From positions 107,448,001 through 107,512,000 of the forward strand of contig CM059432.1 in the NCBI GenBank assembly GCA_030390025.1: 64,000 nucleotides of DNA, written 5' to 3'. The position numbers and the translations under genes were made by a program. This document shows, one piece after another, positions 1 to 11,874 of this stretch. This stretch comes from Squalus acanthias. Lineage: Eukaryota. The notes under the pieces were generated by a model that saw only the letters and a program-made list of their open reading frames with translations, was not told where the DNA came from and ran no database searches. Within the stretch, counting starts at the first letter, position 1, and the number at the start of each line of letters is the position of its first letter.

Positions 1-399
1 GGGCACATTATCGGATTGTGGGTAATGGGGGATGTTGCACAGTATTGTAAATTGGGATTACTGGGAACAGAATTGAAACAGGCAATTCAATACCTTAGAC
101 AGAAGATGTTGGGTTAAGTGCTTAAGAGGGGGTTTTGCATTTCTGTGGGTGCTAGCCTGTAATTTGATGTCCATTCATTTTAAATGGCAAACAAATCACA
201 GGATGGCGAGTGTGGAAGTAGAAAATCCAGGCTTTAGTTAAAGATGGTTTACAAATCCAGCTCATTAGCATTTGGCCTAAATGTCCCTAATTAGAGGTTT
301 ACATACTAGAGCGTAATTTGCACAGCGGAACACTAATTATAGCCTGGTTCACAGCACGCATCAGATCTGATTTTGTGGCCCAAGGGGAGGTTTGATGCA

Positions 400-550
400 A
401 TCATGAAGGAGAAAGGAAGAGAGGGATACAGGGGCAGGGTGGGAAGAGGTAATTAGAGTGTGAGGAGGCTTGTGTGGGGTATAAACACCGTCATAGACCA
501 GTTGGGGTGAATCAGCAGTTTCTGGGCTGTAGATTGTATGTATTGGATAC
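400..550 (+). mobile_element. Decayed CR1-type LINE 3' tail (related copy at ~60825-60990)
   Basis: ...taaacacc..catagaccagttggg..gaat..c.gtttctg.gctg.agatt.tatgta is shared with 60825-60990. Confidence 0.5.
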
Positions 551-977
551 AATATTAACCTGAATGGCAGACCCACTGTCAGCAGACTTAGAACCACTTC
601 TGTTACTCCATGGATCCATCCCTTGGCTGTGTCCAACAGGTGTTCATGGTGTCTCCAGTGCATTTTAGAGATCCAGTTCACAAAGGTACATCAAGCTCAT
701 TTCTCTGACCAACCCTACCAGCAATCCAGAACTTTTTCTTATGTTGGCTGTGAGTTGATCTCTCAAGGATACCGTAATGAACCACCACTTGGCTAAGTGT
801 ACCTCTGCCATATTGAGAGGGGTTTCCTGATTACAGTGGAAATTAAAATTGGGCGGTTTCTGTAATGGGCGGCCGACCCACAATGCCAGTTTTACACCTG
901 GGCTGCAAGTTGAAAATCTACCCCACTGAGTCCAAATTAACCCAGAGACGGGACCGTGGCATGCGAGGGCATTAGCA

Positions 978-1100
978 AAGAAAGACTTGCATTTATATAG
1001 TGCCTTTCATAACCACCGGACGTCTCAAAGCGCTTTACAGCCAAAGTACTTTTGAAGTGGAGTCACTGTTGTAATGTGGGAAACGCAGCAGCCAATTTGC
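978..1100 (-). mobile_element. 3' fragment of Deu-domain tRNA-SINE
   Basis: Nearly identical to 23707-23830 (aaagacttgcatttatatag...cgtctcaaagcgctttacagccaaagtac). Confidence 0.75.
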
Positions 1101-1860
1101 CAAACGCGCCGGGTTTCCCGCAGACCCTGCTGACTTTAACGGCCGGGCCTGATTTGAATGCGAGGCCTCAGATTCCCGCCTGCAGCCAGGCAGATTGAGA
1201 GGCTGGCTGGCTGCGGACGGGTAGGCCTCAGATGTGAGGGGTTGGCATGGTCGGGGATCGTGGGGGGAGTCGGGGATCGTGGGGGGGGGGTCGGAGATCA
1301 GCATGGCAGTATCGGGGATCAGGAGTGGGGACAGGATCAGGGGGGCGCCGGGGGGGTTGGCCGGGGATCGGGGATCAGGAGGGGGGTTGGAGGATCGACA
1401 GGTGATTGGGGATCAGATGGGGGGGGTTGGGGATCGCGGGGGGTCGACGGTGGTGGGGTTTCGGCCAGAGTATCGGTGGGGGGGAGGGGGGAGAAGAGAG
1501 GATCGGGGCCGGCCTCATGGTGGGGATCAGAGGCCTGGGGAGATGATCGGAGACCCAGGGGGTCTCTGATCACTGGGGTGGGTATGGTCAGGACCCTGGA
1601 TCCAGGAGGTAGGTGTAAAGCCACTTACCTCCTGGATGCAGCAGTCCCCGCCTCTGTTTAACTGCTGGGTTTCACTAATTGTGTGAAACCCATCCCCATG
1701 CAGTTAAATTCAAAATGGAGGTTAAAAAAAGAGGCTTCCAGCCTTATTACAATATTTAAATTGACGTTTTGCCCCCTAGGAGCGGGTTGGTCGCCCGCCC
1801 TCCATCCCGCCTCCGTCAAAACCTGAAGTGGGCGGATGTGGCCCTCCAGCCCAAATAATT
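1100..1860. mobile_element. Non-autonomous DNA transposon (MITE-like) with G-rich (GGGGATC)-type low-complexity core
   Basis: 1100-1235 is the reverse complement of 41310-41440. The G-rich GATC-punctuated tract at 1240-1570 mirrors C-rich tracts at 32770-33020, 36130-36350 and 40965-41290. Confidence 0.6.
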
Positions 1861-4209
1861 GCTCACCCTGTCCTAGAGAGTGCAGCACTGAAGGAGGCCC
1901 TTCGGTCCATTGTGTCAACTGGTGCTAGCACTTCAGCTGCAGCTAAAGCTCCTATTTTAATGGTGGGCGGGAACAGTGCACACGAACACTGAAGGGGGCG
2001 GGGCACCCAGAAACAACGGAGACGTTGAGGCCCGGTTGATTTTAACAGCTGGGCTTCATTTCTATAAGTTTCGGCGGACTTCTGACCGAACCCGGTCAGA
2101 TCTACTACCTGGCCGGTGGGGATAAATTTGGGCAGCAGGAGGCCGACACTGGGGACCCATGGGAACAGTCCCCGGCAGTAAGGTAAGTGGGGCAGGCGAT
2201 CATGATCGGGGTAGGGAGGGGAAAGGGAGGCCCATGGTTTCCTTGTGGGGACCAGAGGGGCACTCCTGCTCCTCCTTGCCCTCAAGGAAACCTAACATAT
2301 ATATATTTTTTAAACTTACCTGCCTGGGCCTCTTCTGGGCCATGATGCCCCTCCCGACAGGTTTGCCCCAATGGGGAAGCCATCGCTCCTCCCCTGCTCA
2401 CGCTTCGGACTAAAATTGCAGATTGCGTCCTGATGACATCATCGGACCCGATCTGCATATTTAAAGCAGGACCCCGCGGCCGTCCTGAGGCTGTCCTACT
2501 CACCTGCACAAAAGAGCAGGTTAATATCAGGAACCAGCGGGAAGCCAGGGGTATCAGAGGGTTAAGTCACTGCCCTTATTTTAACTGCCCCATAAACCCG
2601 GCTCGGTTTATGCCAGGTAACCGTCAATAGAGCTTTATTGAAAGTCTGGGACCAATAGTTTCTGTGTGTGGTTTCTGCATTTAAAATGCTCTTTAGCGAC
2701 CACGAGTCCCATTTTTAAAAAAAATGTGGTATAGCACTGGGCAGCAGCCGACTGAGAACAGAGCATTTCAACATGTGAGAATGATTATTATACAAAGTGT
2801 CCCCTATTAGTAGGGTTGGTTGGCTTTTTATCCTCTACTGCTTCACATCCAGTTCTCATAGGAACAGGAGTCGGCCATTCAGTCCCTCGAGGCTATTCTG
2901 CCATTCAATTAGACCATGGCTGATCTATACCTCGACTCCATTTACCCGCCTTGGCTCCATATTCCTTGATACCCTTACCCAGTGAGAACCCATTAGTGCG
3001 TTCACAATCCCGCACTCCCTGCTGAGAAGCAGCACTCAGATATATTGTGACTGACTATATTGTAGCCCTGCCTGCGTCTCACAGACACAGCTTTTCCGCA
3101 GTGTGGGATCACCCCCTTCAAAAACAAGAGAGCTGCATTTCAAAACTTTAATCCGCTTTGCAACTTGCTTAGTGGCTAAAAATTTACAGAAAAATATTTA
3201 ATTCTGCAACTCTTTTGGGGAATTTGTAGAAAAATTCTCATATCAACCAAAGATCGCCGCTCACTAAAAAGAATGCTGAACTGCCCAATGATGAACATTT
3301 GACATCATTCGCTTGTTTTCAACCTCCACGTCTTAAACTGAGAAGCTGCATTGTTTAAACTGAATCGGGGTTCTGTGGGAAAAGGAACTGAAGGTATCTT
3401 GAGGACAGATACTGACAATTGCTCGCTTAAAATGCCAATAATTAAAAGTCAGAATTGTACATGTTGCTGAGCAGAATGCAAAACATCGACTGATCTTGGC
3501 ATTCGTGGGTCTCCTTGTACTTTGTCACAGCAGGTCACCAATCTCAATTACTCTCTTTCACAGCTAAAAATCAACATTTTTTTCCTACTGCATTACTACA
3601 TACTCGCCAGCTTTTCTGCCGAATTAAATATAAAAGACTTCCTGTTGGAATCACTTCCTTTTCTCTCTCCATATATATTTTTGAAAACGTACATCGACTA
3701 CTTTTAAGCTTCCTCCAACACTGCAAATCTTTTGTAAGCAAAAGAGATCTAAATGGAAGAAAAACTGGGGCAGCGCAGCTTTAACCATTTTCTAAGTTGG
3801 CTACCAATTAGAAGTCTTCCAGGCATATGACCATTGGCGAGCCAAGTCATATAGCGTGATGATAGGGTGATTAGCTAATCACAAAGAGCCTCACTGTAGC
3901 TGCGCCCCATGCTTTATACACAGCCAGCTTTGTTTTGCAACTGCAAATGCAGGCGCTATTCTCTGTAAAGGCCAGTCACTTAAGTTTCAGTTAACGAATG
4001 CAATTGGTTGGGATGGTGAGTCCCCCATGAAGGGAATCTGCAAAGGGTTTTTTGCTGGAAATACCTCTCTGAACAATGGTTCCTCCATTTATTAGGGGCT
4101 TAATCCCACAATATGGCATGAGAGGAATGTGTCTGCCTGTATCTTTGCGTTTTCAAGTTTAAAGACAGCCAACTCATAGCATTAGTTTACCTGACTCGCC
4201 ACAAGAAAT

Positions 4210-4773
4210 TAAAGCAAAATATTGCAGATGCTGGAAATCTGAAATCAAAACTGAAAATGCTGGAAACACTCGGTCAGGCAGCATCTGTAGCGAGAGAAAC
4301 AGAGTTAACGTTTCACGTCGATGACCTTTCATCAGAGCTGGAAGATGTTAGAAATGAACAGCTTTATTTAAGCAAGTTCAGACGCAGGGAAAAAGGAGGC
4401 AGGAAAAGAACAAAAGGGATAGGGACATCTGTGATAGGATAGAGGGCAGGAGTGATTAAAGACAAAAGAGATGATGGTGCAAGGCAAAAGGAGGTGTTTC
4501 TATATTTGTCCCATTATCACCTCCTTTTGCCTTGCACTATCATCCCTTTTGTTATTTAATCACTCCTGCCCCCCACTCGATCACAGATTTGTCCCTTTTG
4601 TTCTTTTTCTGCCCCTTTTCCTTGACCGTGTACTTGCTGAAAAACTGTTTATTATCTCTAACATCTTCCAGTTCTGACGAAAGGTCATCGACCTGAAACG
4701 TTAACTCTGCTCCTCTCTCCACAGATGCTGCCTGACCTGTTGAGTGTTTCCAGCATTTTCAGTTTTAATTTCA
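4210..4773. mobile_element. Penelope-derived fold-back (inverted pseudo-LTR) element with 11-bp TSD and a hammerhead motif in each arm
   Basis: TSD ccacaagaaat at 4199-4209 and 4774-4784. The left arm is the reverse complement of the right arm. The right arm matches the sequence downstream of the GIY-YIG remnant (49950-50248). Confidence 0.8.
4670..4706 (+). ncRNA. Candidate minimal type-I hammerhead ribozyme
   Basis: AGTT-CTGACGA-A-AGGTC-atc-GACCT-GAAA-CG-TT-AACT: stem I AGTT/AACT, core CUGAnGA and GAAA, stem II AGGTC/GACCT, loop-less palindromic stem III (ACGU). Confidence 0.65.
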
Positions 4774-4784
4774 CCACAAGAAAT

Positions 4785-4840
4785 CTTTGTTTTATCATCT
4801 GTCATCGTCTGTCCTTCAATATCGAAGAAGACAGCCGGAA
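4785..4840 (-). mobile_element. 3' tip of the RTE LINE, separated from its body by a CR1 insertion
   Basis: The minus strand reads gtcttcttcgatattgaaggacagacgatgac, an RTE-type 3' stem-loop/tail. The RTE ORF C-terminus lies at ~8410-8465, on the other side of the CR1. Confidence 0.55.
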
Positions 4841-7800
4841 TAGAAACATAGAAACATAGAAAATAGGTGCAGGAGTAGACCATTCGGTCCTTCGAGCCTG
4901 CACCGCCATTTAATGCGTTCATGGCTGAACATGCTACCTCAGTACCCCATTCCTGCTTTCTCGCCATACCCCTTGATCCCCCTAGTTGTGAGTATTATAT
5001 CTAACTCCCTTTTGAATATATTTAGCGAACTGGCCTCAACAACCTTCTGTGGTAGAGAATTCCACAGATTCACCACTCTCTGGGTGAAGAAATTCCTCCT
5101 CATCTCAGTCTTAAATGGCTTCCCCTTTATCCTTAGACTGTGACCCCTGGTTTTAGTTTTCCCTAACATTGGAAACATTCTGCCCGCATCTAATTTGTCT
5201 AAACCAGTCAGGATTTTAAATGTCTCTATAAGATCCCCCTCATTCTTCTGAACTCCAGAGGATACAAGTTCAGTTGATCCAGTCTTTCTTGATATGTCAG
5301 TCTGGCCATCCCAGGAATCAATCTAGTGAACCTTCGTTGCACTCCCTCAATAGCAAGAATGTCCTTCCTCAAGTTAGGAGACCAAAACTGCACACAATAC
5401 TCCAGGTGTGGCCTAACCAAGGCCCTGTACAACTGTAGCATCACCTCCCTACTCCTGTACTCAAATCCCCTTGCTATGAAGGCCATCATGCCATTTGCTT
5501 TCTTGACTGCCTGCTGCACTTGCCTTCCCACCTTCAGTGACTGATGTACCATGACGCCCAGGTCTCGTTGCACCTCCCCTTTCCCTAATCTGCCACCATT
5601 CAGGTAATAGTCTGCCTCCCTATTTTTACCACCAAATTGGATAACCTCACATTTATCCACATTGTACTTCATCTGCCATACATTTGCCCATTCACCCAAC
5701 CTGTCCAAGTCACTCTGTAGCCTCCTAGCATCCTCCTCATTGTTCACACTGCCTCCCAATTTAGTGTCATCCGCAAATTTGGAGATATTACAATTAATCC
5801 CTTCGTCCAAATCATTAATATATAATGTAAACAGCTGGGGCCCCAGCACCGAACCCTGCGGTACCCCGCTGGTCACTGCCTGCCATTCTGAAAAGTACCC
5901 ATTTACTCCTACTCTTTGTTTCCTGTGTGCCAACCAGTTCTCAATCCACGTCAACACATTACCCCCAATCCCATGTGCTTTAACTTTGCACACCAATCTC
6001 TTGTGTGGGACCTTGTCGAAGGCCTTCTGAAAGTCCAAATACACCACATCTACTGGTTCCCCCCCGTCCACCCTATTGGAAACATCCTCAAAAAATTCCA
6101 GAAGATTTGTCAAGCATGATTTCCCTTTCACAAATCCATGCTGACTTGGACCTATCATGTCGCCACTTTCCAAATGGTCTGTTATGACATCTTTAATAAT
6201 TGATTCCATCATTTTACCCACCACCGATGTCAGGCTGACCGGTCTATAATTCCCTGCTTTCTCCCTCCCTCCTTTTTAAAAAGAGGGGTTACATTAGCCA
6301 CCCTCCACTCCTTCGGAACTGATCCAGAGTCTAAGGAATGTTGGAAAATGATCGTCAATGCATCCACTATTTCCAAGGCCACCTCCTTAAGTACTCTGGG
6401 ATGCAGACCATCAGGCCCTGGGGATTTATCAGCCTTCAGTCCCATCAATTTCCCCAACACCTTTTCCCGACTGATAAGGATTTCCCTCAGCTCCTCCCTC
6501 TTACCAGATCCTTTGATCTCTTTTATTTCTGGAAGGTTGTTTGTGTCCTCCACAGTAAACACCGAACCAAAGTACTTGTTCAATTGATCTGCCATTTCTT
6601 TGTTCCCCATTATGACTTCCCCTGTTTCTGACTGCAGGGGACCTACATTTGTTTTTACTAACCTCTTTCTTTTTACATATTTATAGAAGCTTTTGCAGTC
6701 CGTTTTAATGTTCTCCGCAAGCTTCCTTTCATATTTTATTTTCCCTGCCCTAATCAAACCCTTCGTCCTCCTCTGCTGAGTTTTAAAGTTCTCCCAGTCC
6801 CCGGGTTTGCTGCTACTTCTGGCCAATTTGTGTGCCACTTCCTTGCTTTTAATACTATCCCTGATTTCCCTTGTTAGCCATGGTTGAGCCACCTTCCCTT
6901 TTTTATTTTTATGCCAGACAGGGATGTACAATTGCTGCAGTTCATCCATGCGATCTCTAAATGTCCGCCATTGCCCTTCCACTGATAACCCCTTAAATAT
7001 CGCTTGCCAATCTAACCTCGCCAATTCACGCCTCATACCCTCAAAGTTGCCCTTATTTAAGTTCTGGACCATGGTCTCTGAATTAACTGTTTCCTTCTCC
7101 ATCCTAATGTAGAACTCCACCATACTATGGTCACTCTTCCCCAAGGGGCCTCGCACCACAAGATTGCGAATTAGTCCTTCCTCATTACACAACACCCAGT
7201 CCAGGATGGCCTCCCCTCTAGTTGGTTCCTCAACATATTGGTTTAGGAAACCATCCCTTAAACACTCCAGGAAATCCTCCTCCACCGTATTGCTTCCAGT
7301 TTGAGTAGCCCAATCTATATGCATATTAAAGTCACCCATGATAACTGCTGCGCCTTTTTTGCATGCACCTCTGATTTCCTGTTTCATACCCTCCCCCACC
7401 TCACTACTACTGCTTGGAGGTCTGTACACAACGCCCACTAACGTTTTCTGCCCTTTGGTGTTCTGCAGCTCAACCCATATTGATTCCACATCCTCCAAGC
7501 TAATGTCCTTCCTAGCTATTGCATTAATCTCCTTTTTAACCAGCAATGCTACCCCACCACCTTTTCCTTTTATTCTATGCTTCCTGAATGTTGAATACCC
7601 CTGGATATTCAGTTCCCAGCCTTGATTGTTCTGGAGCCACGTCTCTGTAATCCCAATCACATCATATCCGTTAACATCAATTTGCACAGTCAATTCATCT
7701 ACCTTATTACGGATACTCCTTGCATTAAGACACAGAGCCTTTAGGCTTGTTTTATTAACACCCTTTGTCCTTTTAGACTTATGATTTAGTATGGCCCTTT

Positions 7801-8406
7801 GTGTTTCTTGCCTTTGTTTACTCAGATTTCCCTTATTGTTTCTCACCCTTCTAACATTTGTTTCTGACTGCATATTACTTCCCCCTGTTTCGCTACATAG
7901 GTTCCCATTCCCCTGCCATATTAGTTTAAATCCTCCCGAACTGCCTTAGCAAATATTACCCCGAGGACATCGGTTCCAGTCCTGCCCAAGTGCAGACCGT
8001 CCCTTTTGTACAGGTCCCACTTCCCCCAGAACTGGTTCCAATGCCTCAGGTATTTGAATCCCTCCCTCCTGCACCGCTGCTCAAGCCACGTATTTAATCT
8101 CGCTATCCTGTTCATGCTACTCTGATTAGCACATGGCACTGGTAGCAACCCAGAGATTACTACCTTTGAGGTCCTACTTTTCAATTTAGCTCCTAGCTCC
8201 CTAAATTCTGCTTGTAGGACCTCTTCCTGCTTTTTACCTATATCGTTGGTACCTACATGCACCACAACAGCTGGCTCTTCACCCTCCCTTTCCAGAATGT
8301 TCTGCAGCCGCTCCGAGACATCCTTGACCCTTGCACCAGGGAGGCAACATACCATCCTGCAATCTCGGTTGCGGCCACAGAAACTCCTGTCTATTCCCCT
8401 TACAAT
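4841..8406 (-). mobile_element. CR1 LINE, 5'-truncated in ORF1 (SGNH esterase) with near-complete ORF2 (APE endonuclease + RT)
   Basis: ORF1 remnant VVVHVGTNDIG...DGLHL (7921-8355). ORF2 has LNARSIRNK, ITETWL, MGDFN, SDH (6230-7873), [29 protein letters not shown] (5226-6224) and a C-terminus at 4939-5178. (TTCTATGT)n tail at ~4841-4862. Confidence 0.95.
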
Positions 8407-10975
8407 ATCATCTCTTTTTTTGCAGTGAGTTCTTTGATGACTGATGAGACCTATTTTTGCTTGGAATAAGTGACGACAGATTGAACAGTGGATCCTGGAT
8501 ATACCAGGTTGGGAATCTTAATTTTTCAAGTGAGACTTCCTCAGCTGGAGTTTACATTCAGCATCAGCAATGTGACGGGGCTCATAGTAGGAGGTGCCTT
8601 CACAGATGGTTTTTCCAAGCTTTCTTATCTTGAGCAAGTTGTTCCCACTTATAGATGTCTAATCACTCCTGCCTTCCACCTTATTACAAATCTTCCCTTT
8701 TGTTCTCCCCACCCCCCTCCGCTTTCCCTGCCTCTGTACTTGCTTAAAACCTATTAGATCTGTAATATTTTCAGTTTTGATGAAAGGCCATCGACCTGAA
8801 ACGTTAACTTTGTTTCTCTCTCCACTGATGCTGCCTGACCCGCTGTGTGTTTCCAGAAATACCTGTTTATGTTTCAGATTTCCAGTATCCGCAGTATTTT
8901 GCCTTTTTATACTTTGAGCTTGGGCTGCAGACTGATGCCTCTCTTGTCCTCGAGGCACTCACGGAGTTTTCCAAACACTATGCAGGCTTTAGCGATTCTG
9001 CAGGATGCTTCTGTATCGATAAGGACTTCTCTAGACAGGGTGCCATCCAGTCAGGTGAATCTGACCACAGGCTGAAGCATGTGATCATCGATAGTGATGA
9101 TTGGTGGAGTGTAATCCTTGCCTGGGGAGTACACTGTCATTTTAAGGCCGACACCCAAACTTGGAGAGGATTTCCAGAGACTTACTCTACTGGTGGTGTC
9201 AAATGATTTTGTCAGGTCAACGACAACACAGTAGAGGTCTACATTTTACTCTCTACATTTTTCTTGGAGCTGCCTGTCTGTGAAGATCATTATCAGTTGT
9301 GCCTCTTCCCTTTCTGAACCCACATTGACGGTTTGGTAGATTTTTTCAGCAAAGCGATTGAGCATCACTCTTGCAAGGATCTTCCAGCAATGACAAGAGA
9401 TTCCCCAGTGATTAACACAGATAAAACAATTTCCTTTTCCCTTGTAGAGGTGGACAATTGAAGCATCTTTGAACTCCTGGGGAATTTTTTCAGAGTACCA
9501 CATAGATTGAAATAGTTTGTTGAGGTTTTTGACTAAATAGTCGCCACTAGATTTGCATATCTCAGCTGGGATAGCATTAGAACCTGGTGCCTTCCTATTT
9601 GAGAGCAAACTGATAGCCTTTTCAGTCTCTGATATAATAGTTTCTTTTGCAAGGTTGTCATTGATGGCACACTGAGGAAGCTGATCGATGGCCTCATCAT
9701 TGATAGCTGGCTTCTTATTTAGAAAAATTTGGAAATGGTCAGCCATCTTTTAAGGATCTGATACTTGTCTGTGAGAAGAGTCGTTTCATCAATGCTTATA
9801 ACAGGAGTGGAGGCAGTAGATTGTGGGCCATATACTGTCTTAAGCACATTATAAAAGTTCTTCATGTCCTTCTGGTCAGCATAGGACAACAATGAACAAT
9901 GTACCTGCTTTTTTGCTCCACCAGGTGTCACACATAATCCTTAGTTCGGTCTGGACTTGTTTACGAATGTTGCCATAAGCTTGCTTCTTCTTGGTTGATG
10001 ACTTCCCCTTTCTCCACGATGAGTGCAGCCAGTGTTTCTCATCAAGTAACTTTTTTATATTATTACATTTTCATCAAACCAGTCCTGATGTTCACAGACA
10101 GTTTGGCTTGCAATGTGGACTGCATCTTTGAAGCAGTTCCAGTCAGCTTCAATGTCACCAAAAGTTGTACTTACAATGATCAAATGGTTTTGAGCAGCTG
10201 TGACAAGTAGTTCTTGTCTTGTGCAAACAGACTTGAGTTTGCTCACATTTAACTTCTGAGGTGGTTATTTTGCCCTGGGGACTCCAAGGAGTGAATGTTG
10301 AGTTTGCGCGAAGGAGGTTATGGTCTATCAACATTCAACGCCTCTCATTGCTTTGGTGATCTTGACATCATTAATATCCTTTTTCCTGACTAAGATTTAA
10401 TCAATCAGATGCCAGTGTTTGGAACAAGTATGCATCCAAGATGTCTTGTTCTTATTTGGTAGCCGGAAGATGGTGTTGGTGATAAGACTGTATTCAGTGT
10501 ATTTCCTTAGGAGCAGAAGGTCATTGCTGTTGTAATTCCCAATGCCATGTTTGCCAATGATGCCCCGCCTGGTTTGATGGTCTGACCCGATACGTTGAAG
10601 TTAACCAGGATGATGAGTTTGCGTGATTTAGGTCTTCATAAAATTTGTTTTGGATTTTGTCTGGGTTGGTACATAGGCACTGATGATGGTGGCAAGACAT
10701 TTCCCAGCAAGTGGCAATCTTCGTGTCATCAGGCGATCATTGATACCTTTGTGAAAATTCTCAAGTTTGTCTGCGATACTGGACGTGATAGCAAAGCCAA
10801 CACCTTTGCTTTGTTGGCAAAGGCATTCCTCTATGGGCTGGCCACTCCAGAACAAGGTAGAGTCAGCACCAATTTCCTTAAGTTGTCCAACTTTGGCAAG
10901 TTAAGTTTCACTTAGTGCTGCAATGTCTATGTTATATCTGTTCAGTTCTCTGGCAATCAGCGCACTTAAGTCACC
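8407..10975 (-). mobile_element. Decayed RTE-clade LINE with internal deletions
   Basis: Endonuclease FWSG...GVGFAI...INDRLMTRRLPL...TIISAYVPT (10628-10855). RT-adjacent KAPGSNAIPAEI...IPQEFKDASIVHLYKGKG (9246-9746). Also WEQLAQD and C-terminal C2H2-like AKIGLISHQRTH near 8420-8465. Confidence 0.85.
8661..8908 (+). mobile_element. Penelope pseudo-LTR solo fragment with degenerate hammerhead (C3>U)
   Basis: agtt-ttgatga-aaggccatcgacct-gaaacgtt-aact at 8773-8809, followed by gatgctgcctgacc...tttcagatttccagtatccgcagtattttgc. Confidence 0.7.
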
Positions 10976-11874
10976 ACATCAGTCCTCGTGCGCTGAGGAG
11001 ATGGGTGTCTCTCGGTCACCCGGGAAACAAATCCGCAGGTTACCCTCACCTAGTTAAGCCTGGGAGCCGATGCAGTTTCCCAGGGTATGGCACAAGCGAC
11101 TACTTGGAGCCACAGGTGAGAGTTGTGTCAGCAGAGAGCACCAAAGATTGGGGACTATCCGAGGGATGAGACATGTCCCCAGTCAGAGGTACTTACTACC
11201 CCTTCTGCTTAACACCTGTAATATGGTTATCATCTGTAATACGGTTAAAAGCACTCCACTCAGTGTCTTATGAGAAGCACGTATGTTCCATCAGCTTTAG
11301 TGCATGGTAGTTCATGTCCATGGCAGATTCGGCTGGCTGGGACAAGGAAGGGGTTCAGTGGAAGGGATGAGCTAAGAGCAGATGGTTGAGGAAGAGCAGC
11401 ACATTCTAAGTCTGACTAATTAAAGGTTTAGCTAAGACAACAATGTTTAGCACATGCTTGTCTGAGTGCATTGCTCATTATAAAGGTAATATATGTGAAA
11501 TAAAACTTTCACTTTGGGTGATAATGCATTGGAAAAGTGTTTTCTAGACGTGTGAGGAGAGAAATCAGCCAGTATTCTAGCTCATAATCGCTATGTGGTG
11601 ACTCCTACTATGACGTGAATGCTTGTGAATATTGGTTAAGGACAAAGTGAAACATGGAAAAGATACTGAAGATTATCTGGCACCCTCAAACTCTACCTCA
11701 ATTACAGCTGATGCTTTCAGGAGAGGAGGGAATAAAATGGTGAAAAATAGTCGAAGATGGAATTTTCCCACATGAAAGAAGAATCATCTCAGAGCTCTAG
11801 CAGCAATGGGAGTGAAGTCAAAACAGGCAAATATGGGAATTCTGGCCTTAATGGGTGAAAAAGGTATAAATATA

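Noticed and set aside
1158..1661. Gly-rich or Pro-rich ORFs (also 32707-33033, 35973-36347, 40863-41488) as collagenous exons
   Set aside because: There is no Gly-X-Y periodicity; they arise from low-complexity MITE cores.
1863..1955. Possible minus-strand exon with AG/GT boundaries
   Set aside because: It resembles a decayed CR1 3' tail (gaaggaggccc-ttcggtccat), has a weak acceptor, and has no collagen XV similarity.
5326..6631. Plus-strand ORFs overlapping CR1 (and similar ORFs opposite other CR1 copies)
   Set aside because: These are antisense shadow ORFs of the RT coding frame, with no independent evidence.
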